Below are positions 1 through 8,934 of a stretch of 64,000 nucleotides of DNA, piece after piece (positions within the stretch are counted from its first letter, which is position 1; the number at the start of each line of letters is the position of its first letter). The stretch lies in assembly GCA_963664825.1 (NCBI GenBank), contig OY761614.1, positions 1,248,001 through 1,312,000 on the forward strand, in the 5' to 3' direction. This DNA comes from an uncultured Holophaga sp. (GTDB taxonomy: Bacteria > Acidobacteriota > Holophagae > Holophagales > Holophagaceae). The position numbers and the translations under genes are program-made. Below the pieces are notes generated by a model, which saw only the letters and a list, made by a program, of their open reading frames with translations, had not been told where the DNA came from and made no database searches.

Positions 1-53
1 TGGAATTGGGTGCGCCGATACCTCGGCTAGGCTGGTAGTCACCGAGGCCCAGA

Positions 54-998
54 ATGCCCATCCCTACCTTCACCGACATGATCCCCCCGCTGCTGACCGT
101 CTTGGCGGCTCACCCGGATGGCATCGAGGTCGCCAAGGTATACGCGCTCGTGGCGGAAGCCGTGAATCTCACGGATGAGGAGAAGGCCCAGTTGGTCCCC
201 AGCAAGAGCCAGGCGGTCTACAAGAACCGGATCGGCTGGGCCCAGGACAGCCTCAAGCGCATGGCGTGGTCGTCCTCGCCAAGATACGGGGTCTGGAAGA
301 TCCTCCCCGCAGGTGTGGACGCCTTGAGCCGCCACACAAGTGGCTTCACGTCGGCAGAGTTGAAGACCATCGGCACATCGAACTCTAGAATCAAGATGGC
401 GGACCTGTTCCCCTCGAGTGAGGCGGCCTCGACCAACTCGGAAAAGGTGCCCCTCGCCCAGGACACCTCATTGCTGGCTGCGGAGTCCGACTCCCCCGAC
501 GACATGATGCAGAAGGCCCTGGCCCAGATCCAGGGCAGCGTTGAACGGGATGTCCTTGAACGTCTACGGCAGGTGTCACCCCAGAAGTTCGAGACCCTCG
601 TCCTCGACCTCCTACACGCCATGGGCTACGGGCTGAACCGCGAGTCCCTGAAGCGAGTCGGTGGCTCCGGCGATGGCGGCATCGACGGGATCGTTCCCCT
701 CGACCGCCTTGGGCTTAACAAGGTCTACGTGCAGGCCAAGCGGTGGCAGGGGTCCGTAGGTAGCCCGGAGGTCCAGACCTTCATGGGTGCCCTCCAGCTC
801 CACAACGCGGACCGTGGTGTCCTGATGACCAGCGGGGACTTTTCCAAGCCTGCGATCGACATCGCCGCCAGGGCCAAGGGCGTCATCGTCCTGATCGACG
901 GGCCGGAGATGGCCCGGTTGATGGTTGAGTTCGAAGTCGGAGCCGAGCACCGGGCGATGAAGGTGCCAACCCTGCGGGCAGATGCCTTCGAGGAGTAG
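54..998 (+). CDS. mrr: Mrr restriction endonuclease (type IV)
   Basis: Mrr_N segment (YKNRIGWAQDSLKR) plus catalytic motifs FETLVLDLL, GGSGDGGIDG, VYVQAKRW. Confidence 0.92.
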   Translation: MPIPTFTDMIPPLLTVLAAHPDGIEVAKVYALVAEAVNLTDEEKAQLVPSKSQAVYKNRIGWAQDSLKRMAWSSSPRYGVWKILPAGVDALSRHTSGFTSAELKTIGTSNSRIKMADLFPSSEAASTNSEKVPLAQDTSLLAAESDSPDDMMQKALAQIQGSVERDVLERLRQVSPQKFETLVLDLLHAMGYGLNRESLKRVGGSGDGGIDGIVPLDRLGLNKVYVQAKRWQGSVGSPEVQTFMGALQLHNADRGVLMTSGDFSKPAIDIAARAKGVIVLIDGPEMARLMVEFEVGAEHRAMKVPTLRADAFEE

Positions 999-1044
999 CC
1001 ACGTTTCGCCAGCCTCACGAATCTGATGGCCCCTCTCCTCGGAC

Positions 1045-1764
1045 CTAAAGGTTCATTCTCTCGATTAACCCGCTGAGGTCATAGGGGGGAGGTTCCATCG
1101 TCACCGTCACCATCCCCGGGCTCAGCCAGTCCAAAACCCCGGGGCCCAGCTCTGGGTGATCCCAACGAAAGACCAGAGATGGGAGGAGGCAGGTCCCGTC
1201 CAATGCCCGGGTCAGGACATAGACCCATACTAAGGCCAGCTCTGGTCGAAGATCAGAGAACAGCCCATCGGGGACAGGTTCAGCGACCCCGGCAATCAGA
1301 CCCACCATGAGGGCTGGGAGGGATTCCTTCTCTGCTTTGTGCAGGCCCAGCAATAGCCCTGTGGGTTGACTCTTCAGAGGGCCGCCTGTGACATCGGCAT
1401 TGAACTTATCCTCGTACTTATTAATGGCTTTCCCAACCAGCTTCCTTACCAGTTGAGCCTTCGACATGGCCGGGAACGATGCCCGTGGCAAGGGCGATTT
1501 CTCCCGAGCGGGGGGTGAAAGCTCCATGGAGTTCACATCCAGCCAGAGCCCGGCGCCTCGCGGTCCAATCAGGAAGTCGGCATTCGCACGCTTGGTCGGT
1601 TCGAGGAAGAAGCGGGCCTCGGATTCAAACGCGATATCCCGTCGGTGAAACAGCAATGCCCAAGCTAGCTCGGACATGGTGTCAAGGAACATGCTCTGGT
1701 TCCCGGTGCTGAGCCTGCGCCACAGCTCAGTGGTTGGGATGGGCACGGACCATTGGATCGACAA
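1045..1764 (-). CDS. Hypothetical PD-(D/E)xK-like protein, probably 5'-truncated
   Basis: 239-aa ORF with SEL..., ADFLI..LWLDV pattern; TTG start without RBS only 41 bp from a divergent ORF. Confidence 0.55.
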   Translation of the reverse strand: MSIQWSVPIPTTELWRRLSTGNQSMFLDTMSELAWALLFHRRDIAFESEARFFLEPTKRANADFLIGPRGAGLWLDVNSMELSPPAREKSPLPRASFPAMSKAQLVRKLVGKAINKYEDKFNADVTGGPLKSQPTGLLLGLHKAEKESLPALMVGLIAGVAEPVPDGLFSDLRPELALVWVYVLTRALDGTCLLPSLVFRWDHPELGPGVLDWLSPGMVTVTMEPPPYDLSGLIERMNL

Positions 1765-1805
1765 GTAGGTATTAATCGTCGAGAGGTAAGGGTGACGGCA
1801 AGGAG

Positions 1806-3200
1806 GTGGTAGACCTGCTGGTGGTCTTTGGCAACGATGTGCTGCTTTTCTCCGATAAGCACTGCGCGTTTCAGCCGGATGTGGACATCAAGGTTGCTTG
1901 GCCCCGTTGGTACAAGCGGGCTATTGAGAAGTCCGCAAGGCAGCTTGCCGGAGCTGAAAGTTTCCTCCGTCGGTTCCCTGAACGCGTGTTCATCGACAAG
2001 TCATGTCACACCAGGTTGCCCGTGGCACTCCCGGACCCCACCCTAGCCCGCTACTTCCTGATTGCTGTTACGCGAGGTGGCCATGATGCAGCGGTTCAAC
2101 ACTTTGGCGGAGGAAGCAGCGGCAGCTTGATGCTCAACAGCATGCTCGAGGGGGATGCCCACCACGAACACCCGTTCGAAGTTGGCTTCCCTTTGAAAGG
2201 TCGCCGATTCATCCACGTCCTCGATGAGGTGACAGTCGACGCTCTCCTGGAAGAACTGGATACCGTCCCGGACCTTGTCAACTACCTCGCTTGCAAGGAG
2301 CGGTATTTCGGTGCGAGCAACGTCATCACGCACGTTGCCGGTGAAGAAGAGCTGCTAGCGCATTACATGTGCACGATAGAGAATGGCGAGCATACGTTGC
2401 CCCAGGTGCCGCCAGGAACGGATTCAGTCCTCATCATGGAGGGGCATTGGCATCCCTATCGCTCAAGCCCTCAACGAACGGTCAAGCGTGAGGCCGATCA
2501 GGACAGCTACATGTGGGATGCACTCATTGATTACCAAGCGTCCTTCGTCCGCGCAGGGACAGCGATTGGGCTCCCGGGGATCCCCGAGATGCCACCGGAG
2601 CCCAGCGACCACGAGCGAATCCTGCGCGCCCTCGCAGCAGAGTCCCGACTGGCAAGACGGGTGCTCGCCAACCACCTCCGCTTGGCGCTCTCTAGGAGCG
2701 AGCCCGGTCAGAAATTCGCACAAATAGTTCTGAGCCGCGACAACGTTGCCCGAGCGTACGTTTTCCTAACGGCCCCGAAGCCGCCGGATGTGGACTATCA
2801 GGCTTACCGGGAGGTGCGTTCGGCTTCACTGCTCGCTTACTGCCACGGGATCAAGGTGCGATTCCCTCACGTGACCGAAGCGATCGGTATCGCGTCTGAG
2901 CCTTTCTCGGAGAAGGCAGCCTCCATAGACTTCCTATACGTCGATCTCACTAAAGAAATGAGTCAAGAGGAATCCACCCTTGGGAAGGAGATGATGGAGG
3001 AGCTTGATGTAATGCAGACACCGGCCAAGGATGTGCGTTTCTTTGGAAGTAGGAGTCACGAGTTCCCGATGCCTTTCAACTTCGGCGGACCGAAGTCCTA
3101 CGACTACCAGTCTTGTGCCCAAATGAACCGGGCGGAGCGACGCCGGATGGCCAGAGAAGCTCGGAAAGAAGCGAATAAGGCGAACAAGCAGAGGCGCTAA
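1806..3200 (+). CDS. NERD/PD-(D/E)xK-like nuclease domain protein, N-terminally truncated
   Basis: Frame reads *SSRGKGDGKEVVDLLVVFGNDVLLFSDK, so the conserved motif starts right after an in-frame stop; 464-aa ORF with a basic C-terminal tail. Confidence 0.65.
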   Translation: MVDLLVVFGNDVLLFSDKHCAFQPDVDIKVAWPRWYKRAIEKSARQLAGAESFLRRFPERVFIDKSCHTRLPVALPDPTLARYFLIAVTRGGHDAAVQHFGGGSSGSLMLNSMLEGDAHHEHPFEVGFPLKGRRFIHVLDEVTVDALLEELDTVPDLVNYLACKERYFGASNVITHVAGEEELLAHYMCTIENGEHTLPQVPPGTDSVLIMEGHWHPYRSSPQRTVKREADQDSYMWDALIDYQASFVRAGTAIGLPGIPEMPPEPSDHERILRALAAESRLARRVLANHLRLALSRSEPGQKFAQIVLSRDNVARAYVFLTAPKPPDVDYQAYREVRSASLLAYCHGIKVRFPHVTEAIGIASEPFSEKAASIDFLYVDLTKEMSQEESTLGKEMMEELDVMQTPAKDVRFFGSRSHEFPMPFNFGGPKSYDYQSCAQMNRAERRRMAREARKEANKANKQRR

Positions 3201-3226
3201 CCGCATTAAGCGAGTCCCGGAGCACC

Positions 3227-3508
3227 ATGACCAGCGAAGCGGAGCTGAAGGAGAAACTGAGGCAGATTGAGGGCCTCTTCGCCGGGGCTGCCACCGCCGG
3301 GGAGCGGGATGCCGCCCAGGCGGCCAGGGAGCGCATTCAGGTCAAGCTGCGGGGCCCGGAAGGTCAGGAGCCCCCCATCGAGATGCGCTTCACCCTTGGC
3401 GACGGGTGGAACCTCAAACTCTTCCTGGCCCTCTGCCGCCGCTATGGGCTCAAGCCCTACCGCAAGAATGGTCAGCGTCGGACAACCTCGCCGGAATCCG
3501 CCAGGTGA
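3227..3508 (+). pseudogene. Truncated hypothetical protein (helical N-terminus LRQIEGLFAGAATAGERDAA)
   Basis: Coding-like sequence ends abruptly after QRRTT, where it joins unrelated RCC1-like sequence. Confidence 0.5.
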
Positions 3509-3657
3509 GCGCATGGGACGATCATTCCTTCGCGGTGGGCCTGGATGGCACGCTGTGGGTGTGGGGTTCCGACGCCCCCGCTGGCCAGCTAGGGCTTGGC
3601 CGGACCTTCCCGACCCTCGGCCTGGGCGAGGTAAAGGCGGGGTTCCACCTACCCTGA
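3488..3657 (+). pseudogene. C-terminal fragment of an RCC1-repeat protein
   Basis: IRQVSAWDDHSFAVGLDGTLWVWGS..GQLGLG matches the RCC1 repeat consensus; no start codon of its own. Confidence 0.65.
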
Positions 3658-3991
3658 GGCGGCGTTGCTACGATCGGCTCTTCAGCCAGTAGTACGTTGC
3701 CTCTGCCACCGTCAGATTTCTCTCCAGGCCCTCCTGCTGACGGAGCAAGTCGTCACGAACTTGGATGCGTGGCGCTGTTGGCGGTGATTGGGGCCATGGT
3801 CGTGAATGCCGAGGGGAAGCGGGAAGGGCTGGGGCTGGGCTCGACCTCCGTCTCCCACCTGGGCTGGGGCGCAGGGGCCTCAAAGTAGATCCATACCCCT
3901 CTTCAGAACTTGAAACAACCGGTCTCACTATTTTAAAAACTTGCGCCATCGCAAAATAAGGTCCATCCTTGTTTTAATTCTGGGGGGGACC

Positions 3992-5152
3992 ATGAAGCGG
4001 GATATCTCAGGCCGCTATGTCGTTCAATCCACCCAAGGAGAGGAGGTCCGGGCTTTCGTCCCAACCCCCCTTCCCCCCAGCCCGGGCATCGAGTGGACAC
4101 CCTCCCTTCTGGCTGCCCAGCAACGGGCCGCTCTGGCACTTGGCCGTCTTGACGGAGTCACAGCCCTCCTGCCAGAACCTGCCCTGTTCCTCTATAGCTA
4201 CATCCGCAAAGAGGCCGTGCTCTCCAGCCAGATCGAGGGGACGCAATCCTCCCTCTCGGATCTGTTGGCCTACGAGAACCAGCACGCTCCGGGGGTCCCC
4301 CTCGACGATGTGGTCGAGGTATCCAACTATGTCGCCGCCTTGAACCACGGATTGAAGCGGCTCAAGGAGGGCTTCCCCCTCTGCCTGCGACTCATTCGTG
4401 AGATCCATGAGGTCCTGCTCTCCTCGGGCCGAGGCAGCGGGAAGCAGCCCGGGAAGTTCAGGACGAGCCAGAATTGGATCGGTGGAAGCCGCCCCGGCAA
4501 CGCCAAGTTCGTTCCACCCCCCCACGAGGAACTCCTCGGCTGCCTGGGTGCTTGGGAAGCATTCCTGCACGAGGACGCGGCCATCGCCGATCCCCTCACC
4601 AGGGCGGCCCTGGCACACATCCAGTTCGAGACCATGCACCCCTTCCTGGACGGCAACGGGCGCGTTGGGCGTCTACTCATCACCCTGCTCCTCAGCGCGG
4701 ACGGCGTGCTGCGCGAACCTCTCCTCTACCTCAGCCTCTTCCTGAAACAGCACCGGGAAACCTACTACGAGCTGCTGCAGAAGGTTCGCCTTGAGGGTGA
4801 CTGGGAAGCATGGCTCGACTTCTTCTTTCAGGGTGTCGCTGAGACCTCCGACAGCGCGGTCAGCACGGCCCAACGGCTGCTCCAGCTCTTCACCGACGAC
4901 CGGAAGCGCATTCAGGGAAAAGGCAAGATCGCGGGCTCCGTGTTGCAGGTCCACCACTACTTGAAGGGACGACCCATCGCTTCTGCCTCCGCCGTCGGGA
5001 ACGCGGAGAACCTATCCCCAGCCACGGTGAACAAGGCACTGAAGGCCCTGGTCGAGATGGGCATCGTCCGTGAGATCACCGGAGGGCGACGAAACCGGTT
5101 GTTCGCCTACGAGCAAGTCTTACAGATACTGTCTGAGGGTACGGAACAGTAG
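3992..5152 (+). CDS. Fic family protein with C-terminal HTH
   Basis: Canonical HPFLDGNGRVGR motif, N-terminal SSQIEG inhibitory motif; ATG at 3992 after a G-rich RBS. Confidence 0.92.
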   Translation: MKRDISGRYVVQSTQGEEVRAFVPTPLPPSPGIEWTPSLLAAQQRAALALGRLDGVTALLPEPALFLYSYIRKEAVLSSQIEGTQSSLSDLLAYENQHAPGVPLDDVVEVSNYVAALNHGLKRLKEGFPLCLRLIREIHEVLLSSGRGSGKQPGKFRTSQNWIGGSRPGNAKFVPPPHEELLGCLGAWEAFLHEDAAIADPLTRAALAHIQFETMHPFLDGNGRVGRLLITLLLSADGVLREPLLYLSLFLKQHRETYYELLQKVRLEGDWEAWLDFFFQGVAETSDSAVSTAQRLLQLFTDDRKRIQGKGKIAGSVLQVHHYLKGRPIASASAVGNAENLSPATVNKALKALVEMGIVREITGGRRNRLFAYEQVLQILSEGTEQ

Positions 5153-5365
5153 GTGCTGTGCCCCCGGGTTAGCATCACACTTCTGCCGTTGATAAACTGA
5201 TGCACAACCTCCCCTCCCCAAGCCCAGGTCTGGCCGAGCCAAGGAGACCAAATCCCACTCGCGGACTGTCGATTGATGCAAGTCTGTGGCGTATGTGTGG
5301 GGCACCTGCAAAGGTGTCCCGTCAAACCCTCACCATCACTAGCTCTAGCAATTTCGGGACCTTTC

Positions 5366-5410
5366 TTGTGATTCCAGGTGTCGTGGGTTCGAATCCCATC
5401 AGCCGCCCCA
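5366..5410 (+). other. att site: 3' half of tRNA-His(GTG)
   Basis: TTGTGATTCCAGGTGTCGTGGGTTCGAATCCCATCAGCCGCCCCA = anticodon loop, T arm, acceptor strand and CCA; upstream sequence does not form the D arm or 5' acceptor strand. Confidence 0.88.
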
Positions 5411-5445
5411 GATCAAAGGCCCCGCCCAGCGGGGCCTTTTTGATC
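5411..5445 (+). terminator. Rho-independent terminator of the original tRNA-His gene
   Basis: AAAGGCCCCGC-CCA-GCGGGGCCTTTTT hairpin with T tract. Confidence 0.85.
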
Positions 5446-5536
5446 CATGGGGGCGGCCGACGGGATTCGAAATCCGCCGCGCCACCTGCTTGAACAGGCG
5501 GTCCGGTAGAATGAAGGACCTCGGATCGGAGCCGCA

Positions 5537-6889
5537 GTGGAAGTCTTGAACACCAATGAATTCATGGAGGGCCTGCTCGCGGGTTTAGACCCCGGCGTAC
5601 TAAGCGCTTGGCGTGAAGCGGTGGAAGCGGAGAAGGCCCGCCTGTCACGGACCCTCCCCATTCCGGACGCCGTGACCCTCCAGGACCGCCATCGGCTCGC
5701 CACCTTCGCCCCGGATGACGCAGGGGAATGGGGTGAGACCCTGGTAGGCAATCGGAAATACCCCGTCCTGACCCGGGAATTCTGGACTTCGCGGCAGCGC
5801 CAGGCCTCCAACCTCCACGAGGTGAGCTATCGTGCCTGCTACAAGCCGCAGTTGCCCGGGCTGTTCATCGAGAAGCTCACCCAACCGGGGGACTTGGTAT
5901 ACGACCCTTTCGGGGGCCGGGGCACGACCGCCGTCGAAGCGGCCTTGCGGGGACGCCGGGTCATCAGTAACGACATCAATCCCCTTTCCCGGATGCTGGC
6001 GCAGCCAAGGCTCACCCTACCTGAACCGGAGGCCGTCAGAGCACGGCTGGAAGAGATCCCCCTCTCCGGCACGGCCACCGACGACCTCGATCTCACGATG
6101 TTTTACCATGCGGATACGGAAGCGGAGATCCGGGCCCTGCGGGCCTACCTCATCGAACGCCAGGAGGGGGGCAATGAGGATGATCTGGACCGGTGGATCC
6201 GTATGGTGGCCACCAACCGCCTGACCGGTCACAGCCCTGGTTTCTTCAGCGTCTACACGCTCCCTCCCAACCAGGCCGCCAGCGCCAAGCGCCAGGTCCT
6301 GATCAACCTCAAGCGGGACCAGGTGCCCCCCTATCGGAGCACCCACGCCTTGATCATGAAGAAGACCCGCCAGCTCCTGAAGGGGATCACCCCGGAGGAA
6401 CGCCGAAACCTGAGCGAAGCGGCATCCTCGGCCCGATTCCTTACGGGTGACGCCAGGAGGACGCCCGAGATCCCCAACGACACGGTCGCCCTCACGGTGA
6501 CCTCGCCGCCGTTCCTCGACGTTGTGCAATATACACCGGACAACTGGCTGCGCTGCTGGTTCAACGGCCTCGATTCCGATGCCATCGGGGAGGGCATCAC
6601 GATGGCCAAGACCCTTCGGATCTGGAGCGGGGTCATGCAGGACGTCCTCCACGAGTTATTCCGCATCACCCACCCAGGGGGCCATGTTGCCTTCGAGGTG
6701 GGGGAAGTCCATGGAGGATCGGTCTGCCTTGAAGATGCCGTGCTTCAGGTGGGGGTGGCCGCAGGCTTCGAAGGACTGGGGATCCTTGTGAACGAGCAAG
6801 TCTTCACCAAGACCTCGCACATCTGGGGCGTCGACAACCAGGACAAGGGGACCAATACCAACCGGATCGTCATGTTCAAGAAGAGCTGA
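5537..6889 (+). CDS. Orphan DNA amino-methyltransferase (N4C/N6A)
   Basis: Motif I DPFGGRGTT followed later by motif IV TSPPF. Confidence 0.88.
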   Translation: MEVLNTNEFMEGLLAGLDPGVLSAWREAVEAEKARLSRTLPIPDAVTLQDRHRLATFAPDDAGEWGETLVGNRKYPVLTREFWTSRQRQASNLHEVSYRACYKPQLPGLFIEKLTQPGDLVYDPFGGRGTTAVEAALRGRRVISNDINPLSRMLAQPRLTLPEPEAVRARLEEIPLSGTATDDLDLTMFYHADTEAEIRALRAYLIERQEGGNEDDLDRWIRMVATNRLTGHSPGFFSVYTLPPNQAASAKRQVLINLKRDQVPPYRSTHALIMKKTRQLLKGITPEERRNLSEAASSARFLTGDARRTPEIPNDTVALTVTSPPFLDVVQYTPDNWLRCWFNGLDSDAIGEGITMAKTLRIWSGVMQDVLHELFRITHPGGHVAFEVGEVHGGSVCLEDAVLQVGVAAGFEGLGILVNEQVFTKTSHIWGVDNQDKGTNTNRIVMFKKS

Positions 6890-7039
6890 CCGAGGTCGGC
6901 GGCACCCAGCCCTGAGCGCCTTTCCAACCCCACCTTCCAACCCGAAGTCCTTCAGGGTCCAAGTTGCCGACGGCCTCCATGGTGTGTCGCCAGACATTCA
7001 TCTCTATCGTCAGGGCCCACGGGGAGTACAGGAGGCATC

Positions 7040-7654
7040 ATGAAAGCCATCGCCATCAACGGAAGCCCGAGAAAGGGCGGCAATACCCACAGGCTCTTGG
7101 AAGCCGTGCTGGAGCCACTGACCGAGGCGGGATGGACCACGGAGATCGTGCAGATCGGCGGCAGGAATATCCATGGGTGCCGCGCGTGCAACCAGTGCTG
7201 GGAGCATCGGAACAACCGCTGCCTGTTCGCCAAGGACGATTTCAACGGGGTTTTCGAGAAGATGCTGGCGGCCGATGCCATCCTCCTGGGCTCGCCGACC
7301 TACTTCGCGGATGTGAGCAGTGACATGAAGGCGCTCATCGATCGGGCGGGCTTCGTGGCCATGGCCAACGGTTCGGCCCTGGCGGGGAAGATCGGCGCGG
7401 CGGTGGTGACCGCGAGGCGCGGCGGATCCATCCATGTCTTCGACACCATGAATCACCTTTTCTTCATCTCCCAGATGATCGTGCCGGGCTCCACCTACTG
7501 GAACATGGGCTACGGCCTGGGGCCGGGGGAGGTGGAGGGCGATGCCGAGGCCCTGAGCAACATGGCCCACCTGGGGCGGGCCATCGATTGGCTGGGCCAG
7601 GCCCTACAGAAAAGCGCCGCACCCTACCCCACGCATGGGAGGGGGGAGGCGTAG
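7040..7654 (+). CDS. Flavodoxin family / iron-sulfur flavoprotein
   Basis: INGSPRKGGNT, CRACNQC..C, GSPTYF; AGGAGG RBS. Confidence 0.9.
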   Translation: MKAIAINGSPRKGGNTHRLLEAVLEPLTEAGWTTEIVQIGGRNIHGCRACNQCWEHRNNRCLFAKDDFNGVFEKMLAADAILLGSPTYFADVSSDMKALIDRAGFVAMANGSALAGKIGAAVVTARRGGSIHVFDTMNHLFFISQMIVPGSTYWNMGYGLGPGEVEGDAEALSNMAHLGRAIDWLGQALQKSAAPYPTHGRGEA

Positions 7655-7669
7655 GCACTGGGCCTGTAA

Positions 7670-7946
7670 CTAACCCTTGAGGCCCTTGGCGGCCCTGACT
7701 CGGCGCTCCGCGCCTCGCCCCTTCGGGGCGGCAATGGCCCTACGGGCCATTCCGTCCCATCCTCCCTCCGCTCTGCTTCGGTCGGATGGTGAAGACGACC
7801 TCGCACGGCCGCAAGGTCGTTTCCCACAACGACGGAGGCCGCCTTACGGCGGCCTCCTGCGAGCTATCCCACTCGTGGCATAAGCTCCTCGCCGGGTCCC
7901 GACTTCGAACGCGCCACTGGCGCGTCCTCCGTCACCCGGCGGTCGC
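7670..7946. repeat. Hairpin-rich REP-like region containing partial duplicates of the hup 3' end
   Basis: Several GC stems (e.g. GGAGGCCGCC-TTAC-GGCGGCCTCC) plus direct and inverted matches to 7962-7998. Confidence 0.65.
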
Positions 7947-8246
7947 TTACATCTGGTCTTTCAGGCCCTTGGCGGCCTTGAAGACGACCTTGCGGCCGGC
8001 GGGAATCTGGATGCTCTCGCCGGTCTTGGGGTTGCGACCGACCTTCGCCTTGGTGTCACGCACTTCGAAAGTGCCCAACCCGAAGAGATTGACGCGCTTG
8101 CCCACCAGGAGGTTCGCGACGATATCGTCACGGAGACCGTCCAACATGGCCTTGGCACGAGCCTTGGTCAGATCATGGGCCTCGGCGAGAGATGCGGCCA
8201 GTTCGGGGATGCCCAGGGTTTCGGGCTTGGGGGTCGTGATGCTCAT
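7947..8246 (-). CDS. hup: HU family DNA-binding protein
   Basis: FGLGTFEVR..KVGRNPKTGESIQIPA..VVFKAAKGLK. Confidence 0.93.
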   Translation of the reverse strand: MSITTPKPETLGIPELAASLAEAHDLTKARAKAMLDGLRDDIVANLLVGKRVNLFGLGTFEVRDTKAKVGRNPKTGESIQIPAGRKVVFKAAKGLKDQM

Positions 8247-8285
8247 GGGTGTCCTTTCAACGTGAGGATGGATGCTTAAAACCGA

Positions 8286-8732
8286 CTACTCGGCGAGGGC
8301 GGCGACTTCGAGGTTCAGCTTGGCATGGACTCCGGTATAGACGCGGATCTCCACGACGTAGGTGCCGAGGTCCTTGACATGGGGCAGGGTGATCGACTGC
8401 TTGTCGATCTCGAAGCCCTTGCCCTTGAGCAAGTCGGCCACGTCTGCGTTGGTCACGGAACCGAACAGATGTCCCTGCTCGCCGGTCTTGCGGGCGGTAC
8501 GTAGGCTCAGGACCTCGAGCTTCTCCTTGAGGGACTCGGCCGCAGCCAGTTCCTTGGCGCGGAGCTTCAGGTTCCGCTCCTTCTCCAGCTCGATCTGGCG
8601 CTTGTTGCCCGCGGTGACGGGCAAAGCCTTCTTCCGGGGAAGCAGGAAGTTGCGGGCATAGCCGTCCTTGACGTTGACCACGTCGCCACGAACGCCAAGG
8701 TGGGGGATGTTCTCGATGAGGAGGACTTCCAT
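8286..8732 (-). CDS. rplI: 50S ribosomal protein L9
   Basis: LGVRGDVVNVKDGYARNFLLP, HLFGSVT. Confidence 0.96.
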   Translation of the reverse strand: MEVLLIENIPHLGVRGDVVNVKDGYARNFLLPRKKALPVTAGNKRQIELEKERNLKLRAKELAAAESLKEKLEVLSLRTARKTGEQGHLFGSVTNADVADLLKGKGFEIDKQSITLPHVKDLGTYVVEIRVYTGVHAKLNLEVAALAE

Positions 8733-8934
8733 GATTTACTCCGAATTAGGTGTGGCCAGCGCGATTGCGTCGTCCCCGTTTGGTTAGGCAGGGTACCAAT
8801 CCCTGCCAGGGCTCCCCGGTGGGGCCCCTGTCCCTCGTTGGGTTAGGCCGTTTTCCGTGCCCCTTAGTCTACCCGCTCCGCCCCTCCCGGGAAAGGGTGT
8901 AAGCTTCGGCCTCACCCCTTCCGCAAGGCCCACC

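Larger units (their letters stand above)
1..5410. mobile_element. Right end of an integrative genomic island inserted at tRNA-His (extends left of window)
   Basis: Ends in a tRNA-His 3' fragment lacking its 5' half; cargo is defence-like genes and gene remnants; no integrase within the window. Confidence 0.8.

Noticed and set aside
3668..3949. Minus-strand 93-aa ORF
   Set aside because: Mostly low-complexity with no recognisable motif; at best a remnant
5335..5410. Complete tRNA-His gene
   Set aside because: No D arm or 5' acceptor strand upstream of the anticodon loop; treated as an att fragment
54..6889. Mrr and the methyltransferase as one restriction-modification operon
   Set aside because: They are separated by the att site and a terminator, and Mrr has no cognate methyltransferase
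7655..7946. CRISPR array or known ncRNA
   Set aside because: No regularly spaced identical repeats, no cas genes and no recognisable RNA family motif
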